Shown here piece after piece: positions 39,778 to 54,069 of a DNA stretch of 64,000 nucleotides (its first letter is position 1; each line of letters begins with the position of its first letter). The DNA is from Eledone cirrhosa (Eukaryota): the NCBI GenBank assembly GCA_964016885.1, contig OZ024740.1, positions 60,512,001-60,576,000 on the forward strand, in the 5' to 3' direction. The notes beneath the pieces were generated by a model. The model was given only the letters and a program-made list of their open reading frames with translations. It ran no database searches and had not been told where the DNA came from. A program made the translations under genes and the position numbers.

Positions 39778-40283
39778 AAAATAAAATATAATATAAGTCA
39801 AATGTTTAAAATTTGGCTTCGTTTATTACTGCTATATATATTTCGGTGACCTCTTCAGGCAGTCCGAATTAGTGTGGTAGAGACGAGTACACATGTTGTT
39901 GAGGTGTCAATACTCTGATATGCCCAGTTCCTGGTTGGATTGTTGTTTCACTGAGGAACTGGAATCATATGAATTTAAACAAACGAATTTCAGCGTCAAA
40001 GGACATCTTCTCCTCTGACCAATGAGAGGAGAAGATGTCCTTTGACGCTGAAATTCGTTTGTTTAAATTCATATGATTTCAGTTCCTCAATGAAACAACA
40101 ACCCAACTGGGCATAGAGTATTGACAAAGTTAAACACCTCAACAACATGTGTACTCGTCTCTACCACACTAATTCGGACTGCCTGAAGAGGTCACAGCCA
40201 AAGATGGCTGTCACCGAAATATATATAGCAGTAATAAACGAAGCCAAATTTTAAACATTTGACTTATTTATTTTATTTTATTT
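39778..40283. mobile_element. Fold-back pLTR palindrome (about 240-bp arms, 8-nt loop) in (TA)n
   Basis: 39778-40016/40025-40283, with an HHR in both arms. Confidence 0.88.
40178..40232 (+). ncRNA. Type I hammerhead
   Basis: ACTGC-CTGAAGA-GGTCACAGCCA-AAGA-TGGCTGTCACC-GAAA-TATATA-TA-GCAGT-AATAAA. Confidence 0.82.
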
Positions 40284-40289
40284 TTTTAT

Positions 40290-40768
<479 letters not shown>

Positions 40769-40769
40769 G

Positions 40770-41385
40770 TGCACTCGCATCTGTGTGGCCCAACGCTTGG
40801 GCCTCAGCGTGGGTGAGCAACATTATTACTGGTGTGGAGTTGTCGTCAATGAGTTTGGCCTGCACCCATTATGATGCCGCCAGAACGCAGACCAGTCCCC
40901 TGCCATGCCACTCTCAACAACATAATGAGAAGGAACCTCGACTTCCCGTCACAACTGGAGCCAGTAAGCTTCGACCGTAGTGATGGCCCCCACAGAATTA
41001 CCCTCTTCCTTTTCGAAGGAGGTAAATCTCCCATCTGGAACGCGATATGCTGTGACACGTTCTCCGCGTCCAACTTTGTCGCCTCGGCCACAAACTCCGG
41101 TACCGTGGCTCGCAATGTAGAGTACAGGAAGACAAAAGCAAATACCAGAGCAACTGTCCAGCCGCTTCCTCATAGCACCGGTCACCATCGAGACCTCAGG
41201 CATCCTCGGACACAGCTGACCTCCTCCGTAAAATCAGATTGATAGCAGCCAGTCTGAGGAAGGTGCTCCCCAAGGTGGAATGGCTGTTGTAGTGGGTGTC
41301 GCAGGTCATTGACCGTAGAAATGCCTTTGCTATTTTGTCCGCGGGGCGTAGCCGAGACACCGCTCTGACCTAGGTGTAGAGTCTG
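40770..41385 (+). mobile_element. Decayed CRE-clade LINE 3' fragment
   Basis: LEPVSFDRSDG..ITLFLFEGGKSPIWNAICCDTFSASN, resembling the RLE motif region. Confidence 0.7.
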
Positions 41386-42189
41386 TCGCACCCCTAGCTT
41401 TCTTCCTTTGTCTAGTAGTCCTTCTCTTCCTCTCCTTTCCCTCTCATTTATAGCATTTATAGTCCTTTCCAATACTGCTTTCTTTTTCTGTATGTTTAAC
41501 CGATTTATACTTATATCAATAGAAATATTCTTCAAAATAGATTGTAATTCGATAATTATTATTAACAATCAATAAATTTCAACTAATCAATCGGTTTAGC
41601 TAACTGCATGTACTTTTAATTTTAGAAATGTGTTTTAAGGTGTACATGTATACATACATAAACACTCAGACATACACACATACATATGTACACACACACC
41701 TGTCGTTCTATGAATCAGGTAGAGAACGACAGTGTACAAATGAAAGGAGATAGAATAATACTAGATTTACTCAATTCCTATTTCTTTCTCTGTTAAGCCC
41801 AAATCAAACCATTGAAATTTAAATTCAGTTGTTATGGATATTGTATATTTGGCACTTTCTCTTAGAATCCACCATCTTTGAGAGGATGTATCTCCTAGAG
41901 GCGAGCTGGACACATACGACACGCTCTTCTCGAGCAGGATTATAACAACAGGTCTTTACATTCTACACTTTACGAGCAGCATCGCGCGATTTAATATTTT
42001 TCAGTATGGCGGTTGTTACTTGAAAACATACATGTCTGGGCTCTTAACTCCATAAGGAGACATAGCAGAAGAATCAACTTCAGTAATAGACAAGTACTTT
42101 ATTCATTCACTTCGAAAAGATGAAAGGTAAAAATTGACCTCCGGGGGATTTGAATTCATAGCGCAAAAAGCCAGAATGAATACCCTAAG

Positions 42190-42376
42190 GCATACCGCGG
42201 GCCGCATATGGAATTTACAAGCACACCTGCAGCCGCACAAAGGTTTTTACAGCGCGAGCATGTTTTATCTTCGTAAAATTAGTTGCAATGTGCGCAATTA
42301 GTTGTCGTGTGTGGCCCTCAGACAACACATATGTGACTCATGCGTCCCTCAGGCGACCCTCAGTTTGACATGCCTG
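42190..42376. mobile_element. hAT-like MITE fragment nested in a degenerate SINE
   Basis: GCGGGCCGC subterminal motif and AGTTTGACATGCCTG end. Confidence 0.45.
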
Positions 42377-43199
42377 CCCTGAAGCATTCTATCCGACTTG
42401 TTCATGACTTTCCCAATCCTCCGCTTTGCTGCTATTTGGTTCGTTAATCAGTCTAGTTGTTTGTGTAACGCAAAAAGGGAGGTGAAGATGTGAAAAATAT
42501 TTCATTCTGTTTCTTTTCTCCATGCCCCTTCTCTCTATATTTCATTTAGAACAGAGGTTCTCAAAGAGGGCGCTACCGTCCACCGGGGGGGGGGGGCATT
42601 GAGAAAGTGCAGAGGGGCGGTGTGGTCTAAGGGGGCGGTGGGCGGTAGAGACGATATAATTTAATATCAAATGATACAAAGCAAATAGTCGGACCGAGGA
42701 AACAATGTTTCCATTGGTCTTTCCAATTGCTAATACTATCTATCGGTCACAACTCCAGGTAGAAGGAGCAACGTGAACTAAAATGTCTTGCTCAAGGACA
42801 TAACGCATCGCTCGGTCTGGGAATCGAACTCACAACCCTACGATTGCGAATCAAATTCTCTAACCACACAGCCACACGCATTATAAATATAGCAAAATAA
42901 AAGATTTATTTATACAATTTATATATTATATTATTTATATATAAATTGACGGTTTTATTTATTATATATTATTTACAATTATGTAGGTAGGTCTCTCTGG
43001 AAATAGGGTGGGGGTGGGGGCTGAGGGTATTACATGGCTGTGAAATATTAATGAAATATTGCTAAAAAAAGATAAAAGGCAAAGAGCTATTAACCCATGT
43101 TGGAATGGTAGCGGGACCGTCCTGATATATGGGGTGTCTTGGACATTTTAAAATATGTCGGAGCCTATCCCCCTGCAGGCTAGAACACAGACGGTTTCT

Positions 43200-43298
43200 T
43201 ACAGAGAGAGAGGGGGGGGGAGATAAACAGAGAGAGAGAAAGAGAGAGAGAGAAACAGAGGGAGAGAGAGAGAGGGAGAGAGAAACAGAGAGAGAGAG

Positions 43299-43357
<59 letters not shown>

Positions 43358-43424
43358 CAGAGAGAGAGAGAGAGAGAGAGAGAAAAGCAGAGAGAGAGAG
43401 AGAGAAACAGAGAGAGAAAGAGAG

Positions 43425-43507
<83 letters not shown>

Positions 43508-43556
43508 CAGAGAGAGAGAGAGAAACAGAGAGAGAGAGAGAGAGAGAGAAAGAGAG
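43200..43556. repeat. Interrupted (GA)n tract
   Basis: Seen directly. Confidence 0.95.
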
Positions 43557-43789
43557 GGGGTCAGCCAAATACTAGACTTCTATTTTATCGATCGTGAAAG
43601 GATGAAAGGCAAAGTTGACTCCGGCGGGATTTGAGCTGATAATGCAGTGAGCCGGAACATATAATCATCACCATGACTACCACTACCATCATCATCATCG
43701 TCAATACTCCCGTCGTCATACTCATCATCATCAGCGTTATACGTATTTCTGTTTCTTATCTGTCATAATCATCATTATTATCATTGTCG

Positions 43790-44803
43790 TTCAAATCCCG
43801 CCGAGGTTGACTTTGCCTTTCATCCTTACGGGGTCGATAAAATATAGTACCAGTAATACACTGGGTATTTGCTGGCCTTGTGCCTAAAGTAGAAACAATT
43901 ATCATTGTCGTTATCATCTTCAGCACCAACATCATCGTTGTTGTCGTCATCATCATCATCGCCATCGTTGTTGGCGTTGTTGTCAACACCATCGTCATCA
44001 TCATCATCACCATCGTTGTTGTCAACACCATCGTCATCATCATCATCACCATCGTTGTTGTCAACACCATCGTCACCATCACCAACACCATCGTTGTTGT
44101 CATCACCATCGCCATCATCATCATCACCATCGTTGTTGTCAACACCATCGTCACCATCACCAACACCATCGTTGTTGTCAACACCATCGTCATCATCATC
44201 ATCACCATCGTTGTTGTCAACACCATCGTCACCATCACCAACACCATCGTTGTTGTCAACACCATCGTCATCATCATCATCGCCATCATTGTTGGCGTTG
44301 TTGTCAACACCATCGTCACCATCACCAACACCATCGTTGTTGTCAACACCATCGTCACCATCACCAACACCATCGTTGTTGTCATCACCATCGCCATCAT
44401 CACCAACACCATCGTTGTTGTCATCACCATCGTCACCATCACCATCGCCATCGTTGTTGTCAACACCATCGTCACCATCACCAACACCATCGTTGTTGTC
44501 ATCACCATCGTCATCATCACCATCGCCATCGTTGTTGGCGTTGTCGTCATCATCATTATCATTATCGGTAAAGTTACGGCCCTTTACGTTCTGAGTTCAA
44601 ATCTCGCCGTGGTTAGCTTTGCCGTTCCTTCTTACGGGATCGATAAAATAAAGTACCAGTAATGCACTGGTGTCGATTTAATCGACTTTCCCCTCCCCCA
44701 AAATATTGCTGGCCTTGTGCCTGAAGTAGAAACAATTATTATCCATGTCGCAATTACCGAGGACGTCATCATCATCATCATCCTTGTCGTAATCGTTGTT
44801 GAC

Positions 44804-44835
<32 letters not shown>

Positions 44836-45172
44836 ACATCATCATCATCACCTTTGTGCTGGTCTATCACAATTGTTTTACGCCCTGTCCTCTCACTCAT
44901 TTTCATCACCTCTATTACCACCACCTTACAAGCGTCACTCTGCCCGCCACCACCTTTAATAATGATTTCTAGTATAGGCACAAGCCCAGTAATTTGGGGT
45001 GAGGGGAAAGTCGATTAAATCGACTCCAGTACGTTACTGGTACTTTATTTTAACGACCCCGTACGGATGAACGGCAAAGCTAACCTCGGCAGGATTTGAA
45101 CTCAGATCGTAAAGAACCGCAATTCTATGCTGCAAAACATGGCGTCCGACTCTCTACCGATACTGCCAATCC
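43790..45172. mobile_element. Family A SINEs (43790-43900 +, 44570-44740 +, 44960-45172 -) around a CAT/CAC/GTT minisatellite (43900-44565)
   Basis: Consensus matches; repeat unit CACCATCGTTGTTGTCAACACCATCGT. Confidence 0.85.
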
Positions 45173-45535
45173 AAGACTGTTAGGCGAGAGAGAGAACGGT
45201 ATCCTTAGATGCAAGACCTGATCCGATTGCTTGCAATAGACTGAGATGCTCAAGGGCCAGACGTTGCCGTTACACTGAGCGATGGGGTAAGTCTTACTAC
45301 CAAAGTAGGACACAACGAGATTTGAATTCACAAAGCAATAAATTCGTGCAAATACTACAAACAATTCCGTCAGTTGACCCATCTATTTCCAGCAGATAGA
45401 GTGACTGTACAGAAGCTCTCTCGTTGGGCCAGATAGGCGGGCAAATAGCTGGTTTGGTAGACAGATGAGTCAGTAATGTCTACTTATATTATTAGAATAT
45501 ATAGATATATCTTCATTATTTCTAGTTTTGTTACC

Positions 45536-45586
<51 letters not shown>

Positions 45587-45917
45587 TATATATGCAGGTG
45601 AAACTCCAGAGTAACAAGGCTCACTGCTTAGCCATATATATATATATATATATATATATACTATAATACTTGAGTAATTGATGTAGGTTTATACACACGC
45701 GCACCAACACACACACACACACATATATACATACATACAAATACATATATATATATATATACCCACATATACATACATATATATAGAGAGAGAGAGAGGG
45801 AGAGAGAGATATATACATACATATATACATATATATATATATGTATGTATGTATGTATATAAATATATATATATATATTATATTATATTATATTATATAT
45901 ATATATATATATATATA

Positions 45918-46011
<94 letters not shown>

Positions 46012-46191
46012 TATATATATATGTATATGTGTGTGAGTGTGTGAGTGTGTGTGTTGGTGCGGGTGTGTATAAACCTCCATCAGTTACCCAAGTCTTATAG
46101 TACAGTGCTCAGATATACTTGTCACACTGTATAGCCACAGAGAAACCGGGGCTCTAGAGTGAATCATCAATCTAGGCAATAAAAAGGAGGC

Positions 46192-47405
46192 TCACTCAAC
46201 ACACGTACACACACCGTACTATGGACACACACACCTATCTCTCACTCTCACACACACACACACATATCTCTCACTCACACACACATACACTCACACACAC
46301 ACCTATCTCTGACTCAACACACGTACACACACCGTACTATGTACACACACACACATACACTCACACACACACCTATTTCTCACTCAACACACGTACACAC
46401 ACCGTACTATGGACACACACACCTATCTCTCACTCTCACACACACACATATCTCTCACTCACACACACATACACTCACACACACACCTATCCCTGACTCA
46501 ACACACGTACACACACCGTACTATGGACACACACACACATACACTCACACACACACCTATTTCTCACTCAACACACGTACACACACCGTACTATGGACAC
46601 ACACACCTATCTCTCACTCTCACACATACACTCACACACACACACCTATCTCTCACTCACACACACATACACTCACACACATACACACACACACACCTAT
46701 CTCTCAGTCGACACACGTACACACACCGTACTATGGACACACACACACCTATTTCTCACTCTCACACACATACACTCACACACACACCTATCTCTCACTC
46801 ACACACACATACACACACAGACACACACTCACACACACACACACGATACATATGGACACACCTATCTCTCACTCTCACACACATACACACACAGACACAC
46901 ACTCACACACGCACACACACTCTCACACACGTACACACACGTACACACACTCATACACGCACACACTCACACACACCCATATACACACTCACACATACAT
47001 ACACTCACACACTCTCACACACGTACACACCCATACACTCACACACTCACACACTCACACACTCACACACGTACACACACCCATACACTCACACACTCAC
47101 ACACTCACACACACACACTCTCACACACATACACACTCACACATACACACACACTCACACACACACACTCACACACACATACATACTCACACATACACAC
47201 ACACTCACACACACACTCACACACACATACATACTCACACATACATACACTCACACCCTCTCACACACGTACACACACCCATACACTCACAAACACATAC
47301 ACACACCCATACACTCACACACTCTCACACACGTACACACACCCACACACACATACATACACACACACACACAGACACCTACACACTTACACACTCACAC
47401 ACACA
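46192..47405. repeat. CA-derived minisatellite
   Basis: Repeated ACACACGTACACACACCGTACTAT(G) and CACCTATCTCTCACTC modules. Confidence 0.9.
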
Positions 47406-47484
47406 GACGTATGCGAGAAGAACAGTGGTAATTGTGTAGGGAATAAGTAGTTAGCTGGCAATACATAGGAAGACAGCTGGGAAG

Positions 47485-49735
47485 ATGATGGTGGTGGTGG
47501 TGGTGGTGGTGGTGGTGGTGTTAATAGTGATGGTGGTGACGGCGATGGTGATGATGGTGGTGGTGGTGGTGTTAATAGTGATGGTGGTGACGGCGATGGT
47601 GGTGGTGGTGGTGGTGGTGTTAATAGTGATGGTGGTGACGGCGATGGTGGTGGTGGTGGTGGTGGTGGTGTTAATAGTGATGGTGGTGACGGCGATGGTG
47701 GTGGTGGTGGTGGTGGTGGTGGTGGTGGTGGTGTTAATAGTGATGGTGGTGACTGCGATGGTGATGATGGTGGTGGTGGTGGTGTTAATAGTGATGGTGG
47801 TGACGGCGATGATGGTGGTGGTGGTGGTGGTGGTGGTGGTGGTGTTAATAGTGATGGTGGTGACGGCGATGGTGGTGGTGGTGGTGGTGGTGGTGGTGGT
47901 GGTGGTGGTGGTGGTGTTAATAGTGATGGTGGTGACTGCGATGGTGATGATGGTGGTGGTGGTGGTGTTAATAGTGATGGTGGTGGTGGTGGTGTTAATA
48001 GTGATGGTGGTGACGGCGATGGTGATGATGGTGCTGGTGGTGGTGAGGAGGTAGTCGTGATGGTAGTGGTGATGGTGGTGGTGGTGAGGAGGTAGTGGTG
48101 GTGGTGGTGATGGTGAGGAGGTAGTGGTGATGGTTGGGGTGAGGATGTAGTGGTGATGGTGGTGATGGTGAGGAGGTAGTGGTGATGGTGGAGGTGAGGA
48201 TGTAGTGGTGATGGTGGTGATGGTGAGGAGGTAGTGGTGGTGATGGTGGTGAGGAGGTAGTGGTGATGGTGGTGGTGGTGAGGAGGTAGTGGTGGTGATG
48301 GTGGTGAGGAGGTAGTGGTGATGGTGGTGGTGGTGAGGAGGTAGTGGTGGTGATGGTGGTGAGGAGGTAGTGGTGATGGTGGTGGTGGTGAGGAGGTAGT
48401 GGTGGTGATGGTGGTGAGTAGGTAGTGGTGATGGTGGTGGTGGTGAGGAGGTAGTGGTGATGGTGGTGATGGTGAGGAGGTAGTGGTGATGGTGGTGGTG
48501 GTGAGGATGTAGTGGTGATGGTGGTGATGGTGAGGAGGTAGTGGTGGTGATGGTGGTGAGGAGGTAGTGGTGATGGTGGTGGTGGTGAGGAGGTAGTGGT
48601 GGTGATGGTGGTGAGGAGGTAGTGGTGATGGTGGTGGTGGTGAGGAGGTAGTGGTGATGGTGGTGGTGGTGAGGAGGTAGTGGTGATGGTGGTGGTGGTG
48701 AGGAGGTAGTGGTGGTGATGGTGGTGGTGAGGAGGTAGTGGTGATGGTGAGGAGGTAGTGGTGATGGTGGTGGTGGTGAGGAGGTGATGGTGAGGAGGTA
48801 GTGGTGATGGTGGGGGTGAGGATGTAGTGGTGATGGTGAGGAGGTAGTGGTGATGGTGGGGGTGAGGATGTAGTGGTGATGGTGAGGAGGTAGTGGTGGT
48901 GGTGGTGGTGGTGAGGAGGTAGTGGTGGTGGTGGTGATGGTGAGGAGGTAGTGGTGATGGTGGGGGTGAGGATGTAGTGGTGATGGTGAGGAGGTAGTGG
49001 TGGTGGTGGTGAGGAGGTAGTGGTGGTGGTGGTGATGGTGAGGAGGTAGTGGTGATGGTGGTGGTGAGGAGGTAGTGGTGGTGGTGGTGATGGTGAGGAG
49101 GTAGTGGTGGTGGTGGTGGTGAGGAGGTAGTGGTGATGGTGGGGGTGAGGATGTAGTGGTGATGGTGAGGAGGTAGTGGTGGTGGTGGTGGTGGTGAGGA
49201 GGTAGTGGTGGTGGTGGTGATGGTGAGGAGGTAGTGGTGATGGTGAGGATGTAGTGGTGATGGTGAGGAGGTAGTGGTGGTGGTGGTGGTGGTGAGGAGG
49301 TAGTGGTGGTGGTGGTGATGGTGAGGAGGTAGTGGTGATGGTGGTGGTGAGGAGGTTGTGGTGATGGTGAGGAGGTAGTGGTGATGGTGGTGGTGGTGAG
49401 GAGGTAGTGGTGATGGTGAGGGTGAGGATGTAGTGGTGATGGTGGTGATGGTGAGGAGGTAGTGGTGATGGTGAGGAGGTTGTGGTGATGATGGTGAGGA
49501 GGTTGTGGTGATGGTGGTGGTGAGGATGTAGTGGTGATGGTGGTGATGGTGAGGAGGTAGTGGTGATGGTGAGGAGGTTGTGGTGATGATGGTGAGGAGG
49601 TTGTGGTGATGGTGGTGGTGAGGATGTAGTGGTGATGGTGGTGATGGTGAAGAGGTAGTGGTGGTGGTGAGGAGGAGGTTGTGGTGATGGTGGTGGTGAG
49701 GAGGTTGTGGTGATGATGTTGATGGTGAGGAGGAA
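47485..49735. repeat. Two-domain (GGT)-based minisatellite
   Basis: GTGTTAATAGTGATGGTGGTGACGGCGAT units to about 48030, then GTGAGGAGGTAGTGGTGATG units. Confidence 0.95.
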
Positions 49736-49749
49736 AGTAAGATGTAAAG

Positions 49750-50282
49750 CTAACGGCAATAAAAGGGTGATCGGTAGAGGGTCGGACGCCATGCTTTGAC
49801 CCATAGAGTTATGGCCCTTTCCTTCTGAGTTGAAATGCCGCCGAGGTTAACTTTGCTTTTCATCCTTACGTGGTCGATAAAATAAAGTACCAGTAATGCA
49901 CTGGAATAATTTCTGTCCTTGTGCCAAAAGTAGAAACAATTATTAAAGATGGATAATGTAGACCTAGATGCACTGTTTAGAAAATAAAAGACGGAATGGT
50001 TATGGCTAGAATGTCTTATGTAATAGGTCTGCTTCATCCAAGAATACTTATGGTTATACAACAGCAGAAACAATAACGGTTTCAGATTTAGGCACAAGGC
50101 CATCAATTTAGGGGAAAGGAAAAGTCGATTAAATCGACCCCCACTACGTTACTGGTACTTTATTTTATCGACACCTTAGGATGAAAGGCAAAGCTAACCT
50201 CGGTGGGATTTGAAGTCAGAATGTAAAAAGCCGTAACTCTATGCCGCGAAGCATGTTGTTCGACGCTCTACCAATACTGCCA
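49750..50282. mobile_element. Inverted pair of family A SINEs
   Basis: 49750-49945 (+) and 50075-50282 (-). Confidence 0.85.
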
Positions 50283-51173
50283 CAACAACTTTACGAGAAC
50301 ATTTGTCTGTTAGTTTATAGACTGGGCAATAAAATATTCCTTAATCTCTTGGTTTCGTTTAGAATTGAACGTAGAAAATACATATATATCATTTTTTTTT
50401 ATTTTCAAGCAAGTGCGAATGCTAGATAACAAGGGGAGGGGGGCTCTACGTTGTCGTTGGAAATAACAGCCAAATTACCCTTAAACCAAGAAAAAAAAGT
50501 CACACTGAGTAATGTAATCGGATTTCAATGAAATAAGAAAAATGAAATTAGTTCGTCAAATTCACGGATTTATTTTGCATGATCCTCATACACACGTGTA
50601 CCGACAAGGGAACCCTAATCCCCACGAACTCTAACCTTAACTCTAACTCTATACACTCAACGAATTCTAAGCCTTTTATATATACTATTAACAAAAGCTA
50701 TTTGTGCATATTTATCTAAGTGTTTTAGATTACACATCACAGCGATGGCTATAATGTGTATTGTTTATCTATAAAATAAGACTGTGCCTCCATGTGGGAC
50801 GGCCAGCTCGTGGAACTCCATTTGCTCATAATAGAGAGAGATGGGGCGGGCGAGAGATATGGAGGCGATGATAGTGGGAGTTCGGCTCTTCTGTATTCAG
50901 ACCTGGTGTACAGCATCAGTTGTCTGTAAGGAGCTAGTTATTCATTTACTATTATAGAGTAGATATCTGCCTTATTTTTGCCATGAAAAATTGAAGTACT
51001 GCATGTGGTCATTTAAGGTTACTTTGACACGGTCGAACTATTAATGAGTTTTCTATCGAAAATAGAGATTTGACATAGATATTGAAAGCTATTCCACAAT
51101 ATAGATTGAAAGACATTTTTCGAATTCGCCATCCCACATCCAAACAGTACGAGAAACTCACAGACACGGACGT

Positions 51174-51223
<50 letters not shown>

Positions 51224-51384
51224 GCGCAATAATGCACGCACACAGGCACACACACACGCACACGCACACACACTATACCCAGACCCTTGACACACCTGGA
51301 CATACGTTATATATCATAAAAACGAAACACAAACAAGTTATATGACACGAAACACCCACAGAAATTAAAATAACTATAAACATT

Positions 51385-51950
51385 CTGGTACTGAAACGAT
51401 AGACTTTTTCAGAGTGCAGATGTACCTTGTTTACATCAGAAGATGCTGGTGTAATCGGGTTTAGAAGATCAGCAAAGTATTCTCTCCACCTCGCGAGGAT
51501 GCACCTCTCTGAATAGAGGAGAACCACAGAGGCGATCCTGATAGCAGGTGTGGAGAAGAACTTTTTATTATGAAGTCGGTGGATGGTCTGCCAGAAAACT
51601 TTGATGATCTGAAATCGGATTCCAACTTAACCCCAAAGTCAATAGTATCTGCATACCTCGTCCTGAATTTCTTATCCACCAATGCTTCCTTCTTTAGTGG
51701 GCTAATGCAATGGCAGTCGAGAGTGATAATCCCAATGTTCAGAAAGGGAGACAAGAGAGACTGTTTCAATTATAGAGAGATCCCTTTGTTAAGCCATCTC
51801 GTTAAAGTCTATGCTGAGTGTCTGACAAAGATATGCAAGGAGATTGTCGAGTCGAAGCTAGCTGAAGAACTGCCGATTTCGCCCCGGATGCAGCATAGCT
51901 GACCAAATATTCACACTGCAGCAGGTCTTCGAGAAATCGTGGGATGAGAA
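51385..51950. mobile_element. Rearranged RTE-group LINE fragments
   Basis: Minus ILARWREYFADLLN; plus WQSRVIIPMFRKGDKRDCFNYREIPLLS; related to 56078-56625. Confidence 0.7.
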
Positions 51951-52339
51951 GAAGAAGAAGAAGAAGAAGAAGAAGAAGAAGAAGAAGAAGAAGAAGAAGA
52001 AGAAGAAGAAGAAGAAGAAGAAGAAGAAGAAGAAGAGAACATTATATAGAGATTCATAGAGTAGAAGACGGCGAGAGAGACACCAAGTGAGAGAGAGGAG
52101 AGGGAGGGGGAGATAGTCAGAGAGAGAGAGAGAGAGAGAGAGACAGGCAGAGACAGAGACAGAGAGAGTGAGAGAGAGAGAGAGCCATAAAATAAAATAA
52201 AAAGTAAGATTGAAAAAAAAAATATTGTCAGAGAGAAACATGAATGTGTATGCATGCGTGTATGCGGGCATGTGCGTGAGTGTATCTGTATGGGATATTT
52301 ATATATTAAAAAGTTGCAATTATGAAAATTTGTCGGAAA

Positions 52340-52935
52340 TATTTACAAGTGAATGCATATACAACACTAATGATGATGTAGTAAATGTAGAAAAACGGTT
52401 TTTCTTTGTAAAATAATCACTCCAGATATTTTAGCAGCTTATTTGCGTAGAATTTGAAGTTGGTGAAAATCGTCAAAATATTGGTCATCGATTTCTTGGT
52501 CACATATTCCTCGAAATGGTCATATATTTAGGTATATGTGACCATATCCACGTTCCAGCGGTCTAGCAGCTGTTTGATTATCCAGTCATAAAGCTGCAAA
52601 AGCTGCGTAAGGCAACTTCTACCCGTGTGAAAATCATGCTGGTTGTCAGTTAGAAGACCATTTTCCTCTAGAAAAGTAATGTTTCTTTCTAATAATTCGT
52701 TCCATGACTTTGCTGATATGTGAGATCAGGGAGATAGGTCAGTAGATTTTAACATCTGCCCTGCATCCTCTTTTATGGATATGACATATATCTTCTTTAA
52801 GTTTTCCTGATAGTTTACCACTTGCAAGGGATCTTTAGAGGAGGATCTGCAGTGGTTTTGCTAGTGTTCGCTTACATGTTTTTGGGGATTGCTGGGAAAC
52901 TACCAGGGCCAGTAGCTGGCTCCGGTCTCATTCAT
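52340..52935 (-). mobile_element. Decayed CR1-group LINE RT fragment
   Basis: Frameshifted remnants GPGSFPAI..IHKRG..PISLISHISKVMERI. Confidence 0.65.
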
Positions 52936-52940
52936 GTGCT

Positions 52941-53508
52941 TATGGTATTGGTGGTGGTAGTGGTGGTGATATTGGTGGTGGTGGTGGTGGTTTAGGTGGC
53001 CATGCTTCCCCTGGCCCACGTTCACACAGTCGCTATGAACAAAGGTCGCCCGAAAGAAGGTCTGCTGAATACAGACAAAGACAACGATACCAAAGATCTG
53101 GTGGTCAACGCAGTGGTGGTGGTAACGCTGGTTATGGCGGTGGTGGTGGTGATGTTATTGTTGGTGAGGGTGATGGTGAAGGTGGTGGTGGTGGTGGTGG
53201 TAGCGATGGTTGTGGTGGTGGCAGTTCCTGGGCCTCCAACAGACCATATGGTGGTGGTGGTTGTGGCAGTCAAGTTTCCTGAAGCCATGAAGGCAACTAA
53301 AATGGACAAGGGGGTTCTTCATCTCAATTTTGTGGTTATGGAAATTGGGGTTACGGCAGCAGCTCTAATGACCAGGGTGGTGGTTATGGCAGTGATAGCC
53401 ACTCAGTGGGAACAAAACTACAACCAAATTTATTATCAGGGTTAAGACAGTGGCAACAACTAGAGCCAATATGGTGGTAAATGGTACGGCAATAGCTATC
53501 GAAGATAG
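52941..53508 (+). pseudogene. Gly/Ser/Tyr/Gln-rich C-terminal pseudogene fragment (RNA-binding-protein-like)
   Basis: GGHASPGPRSHSRYEQRSPERRSAEYRQRQRYQRSGGQRSGGG..GYGNWGYG..QWEQNYNQIYYQG*..SQYGGKWYGNSYRR*; in-frame stops and a frameshift. Confidence 0.5.
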
Positions 53509-53594
53509 GTATTCACCTACTTTCTTTCACCACTCATCTTCTTTCCCTAAAACAGGTAGTAGTAAAAGCAGCTGTGTCACCTGATGATATATAG

Positions 53595-53750
53595 CAGCGG
53601 TCGCCAACTTTTCGGACCTCACGGACCACTAAACTCATAATTTTAAATTCCGCAGACCACTAATATTATTTTATTTGAAAAAATAAATTCATTAAAATTT
53701 TTCTGCGGGCCACCAAAATTTTCCCGCGGACCACTGGTTGGTGACCACTG
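53595..53750. mobile_element. hAT MITE with 8-bp TSD
   Basis: TIR CAGCGGTCGCCAAC / GTTGGTGACCACTG; ATATATAG on both sides. Confidence 0.9.
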
Positions 53751-54069
53751 ATATATAGGTTTATCTACAATTATCTTCTCTCCTCATATAAGATGATATA
53801 TATCTTTTGGTAATTTTAACCGTACCTATTTTCTCAGTTACTGTAGCTACATTATTGATTTTTAAAAAAAAAATGTTTAAAGCAATGGATGTGTGGTCTA
53901 TGGGTTTGTTTTATCTCTCCATTCATTTGAAAAAAATCATTTGTACTGCATTTTTATTTTATAACTGTTCTCTGTATTCAAAACGTTGAATCCATTGTAA
54001 CAGCAAAAGCTTTGTTTATAGGTTTTTCACATAAATCGGTAACTATTGTTGCATCATCTCTATTATGCT

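Noticed and set aside
43756-44662. Overlapping 229-268 aa low-complexity ORFs
   Set aside because: Open in several frames because of the repeat; no domain
46192-46880. CRISPR-like repeat-spacer pattern
   Set aside because: The spacers are themselves CA repeats, the context is eukaryotic, and there are no cas genes
47387-49804. 805-aa Pro/His/Thr-rich ORF
   Set aside because: Translation of a trinucleotide-based minisatellite; the start codon lies inside a SINE
52996-53445. 149-aa Val-rich ORF
   Set aside because: Off-frame reading of a Gly-codon-rich pseudogene
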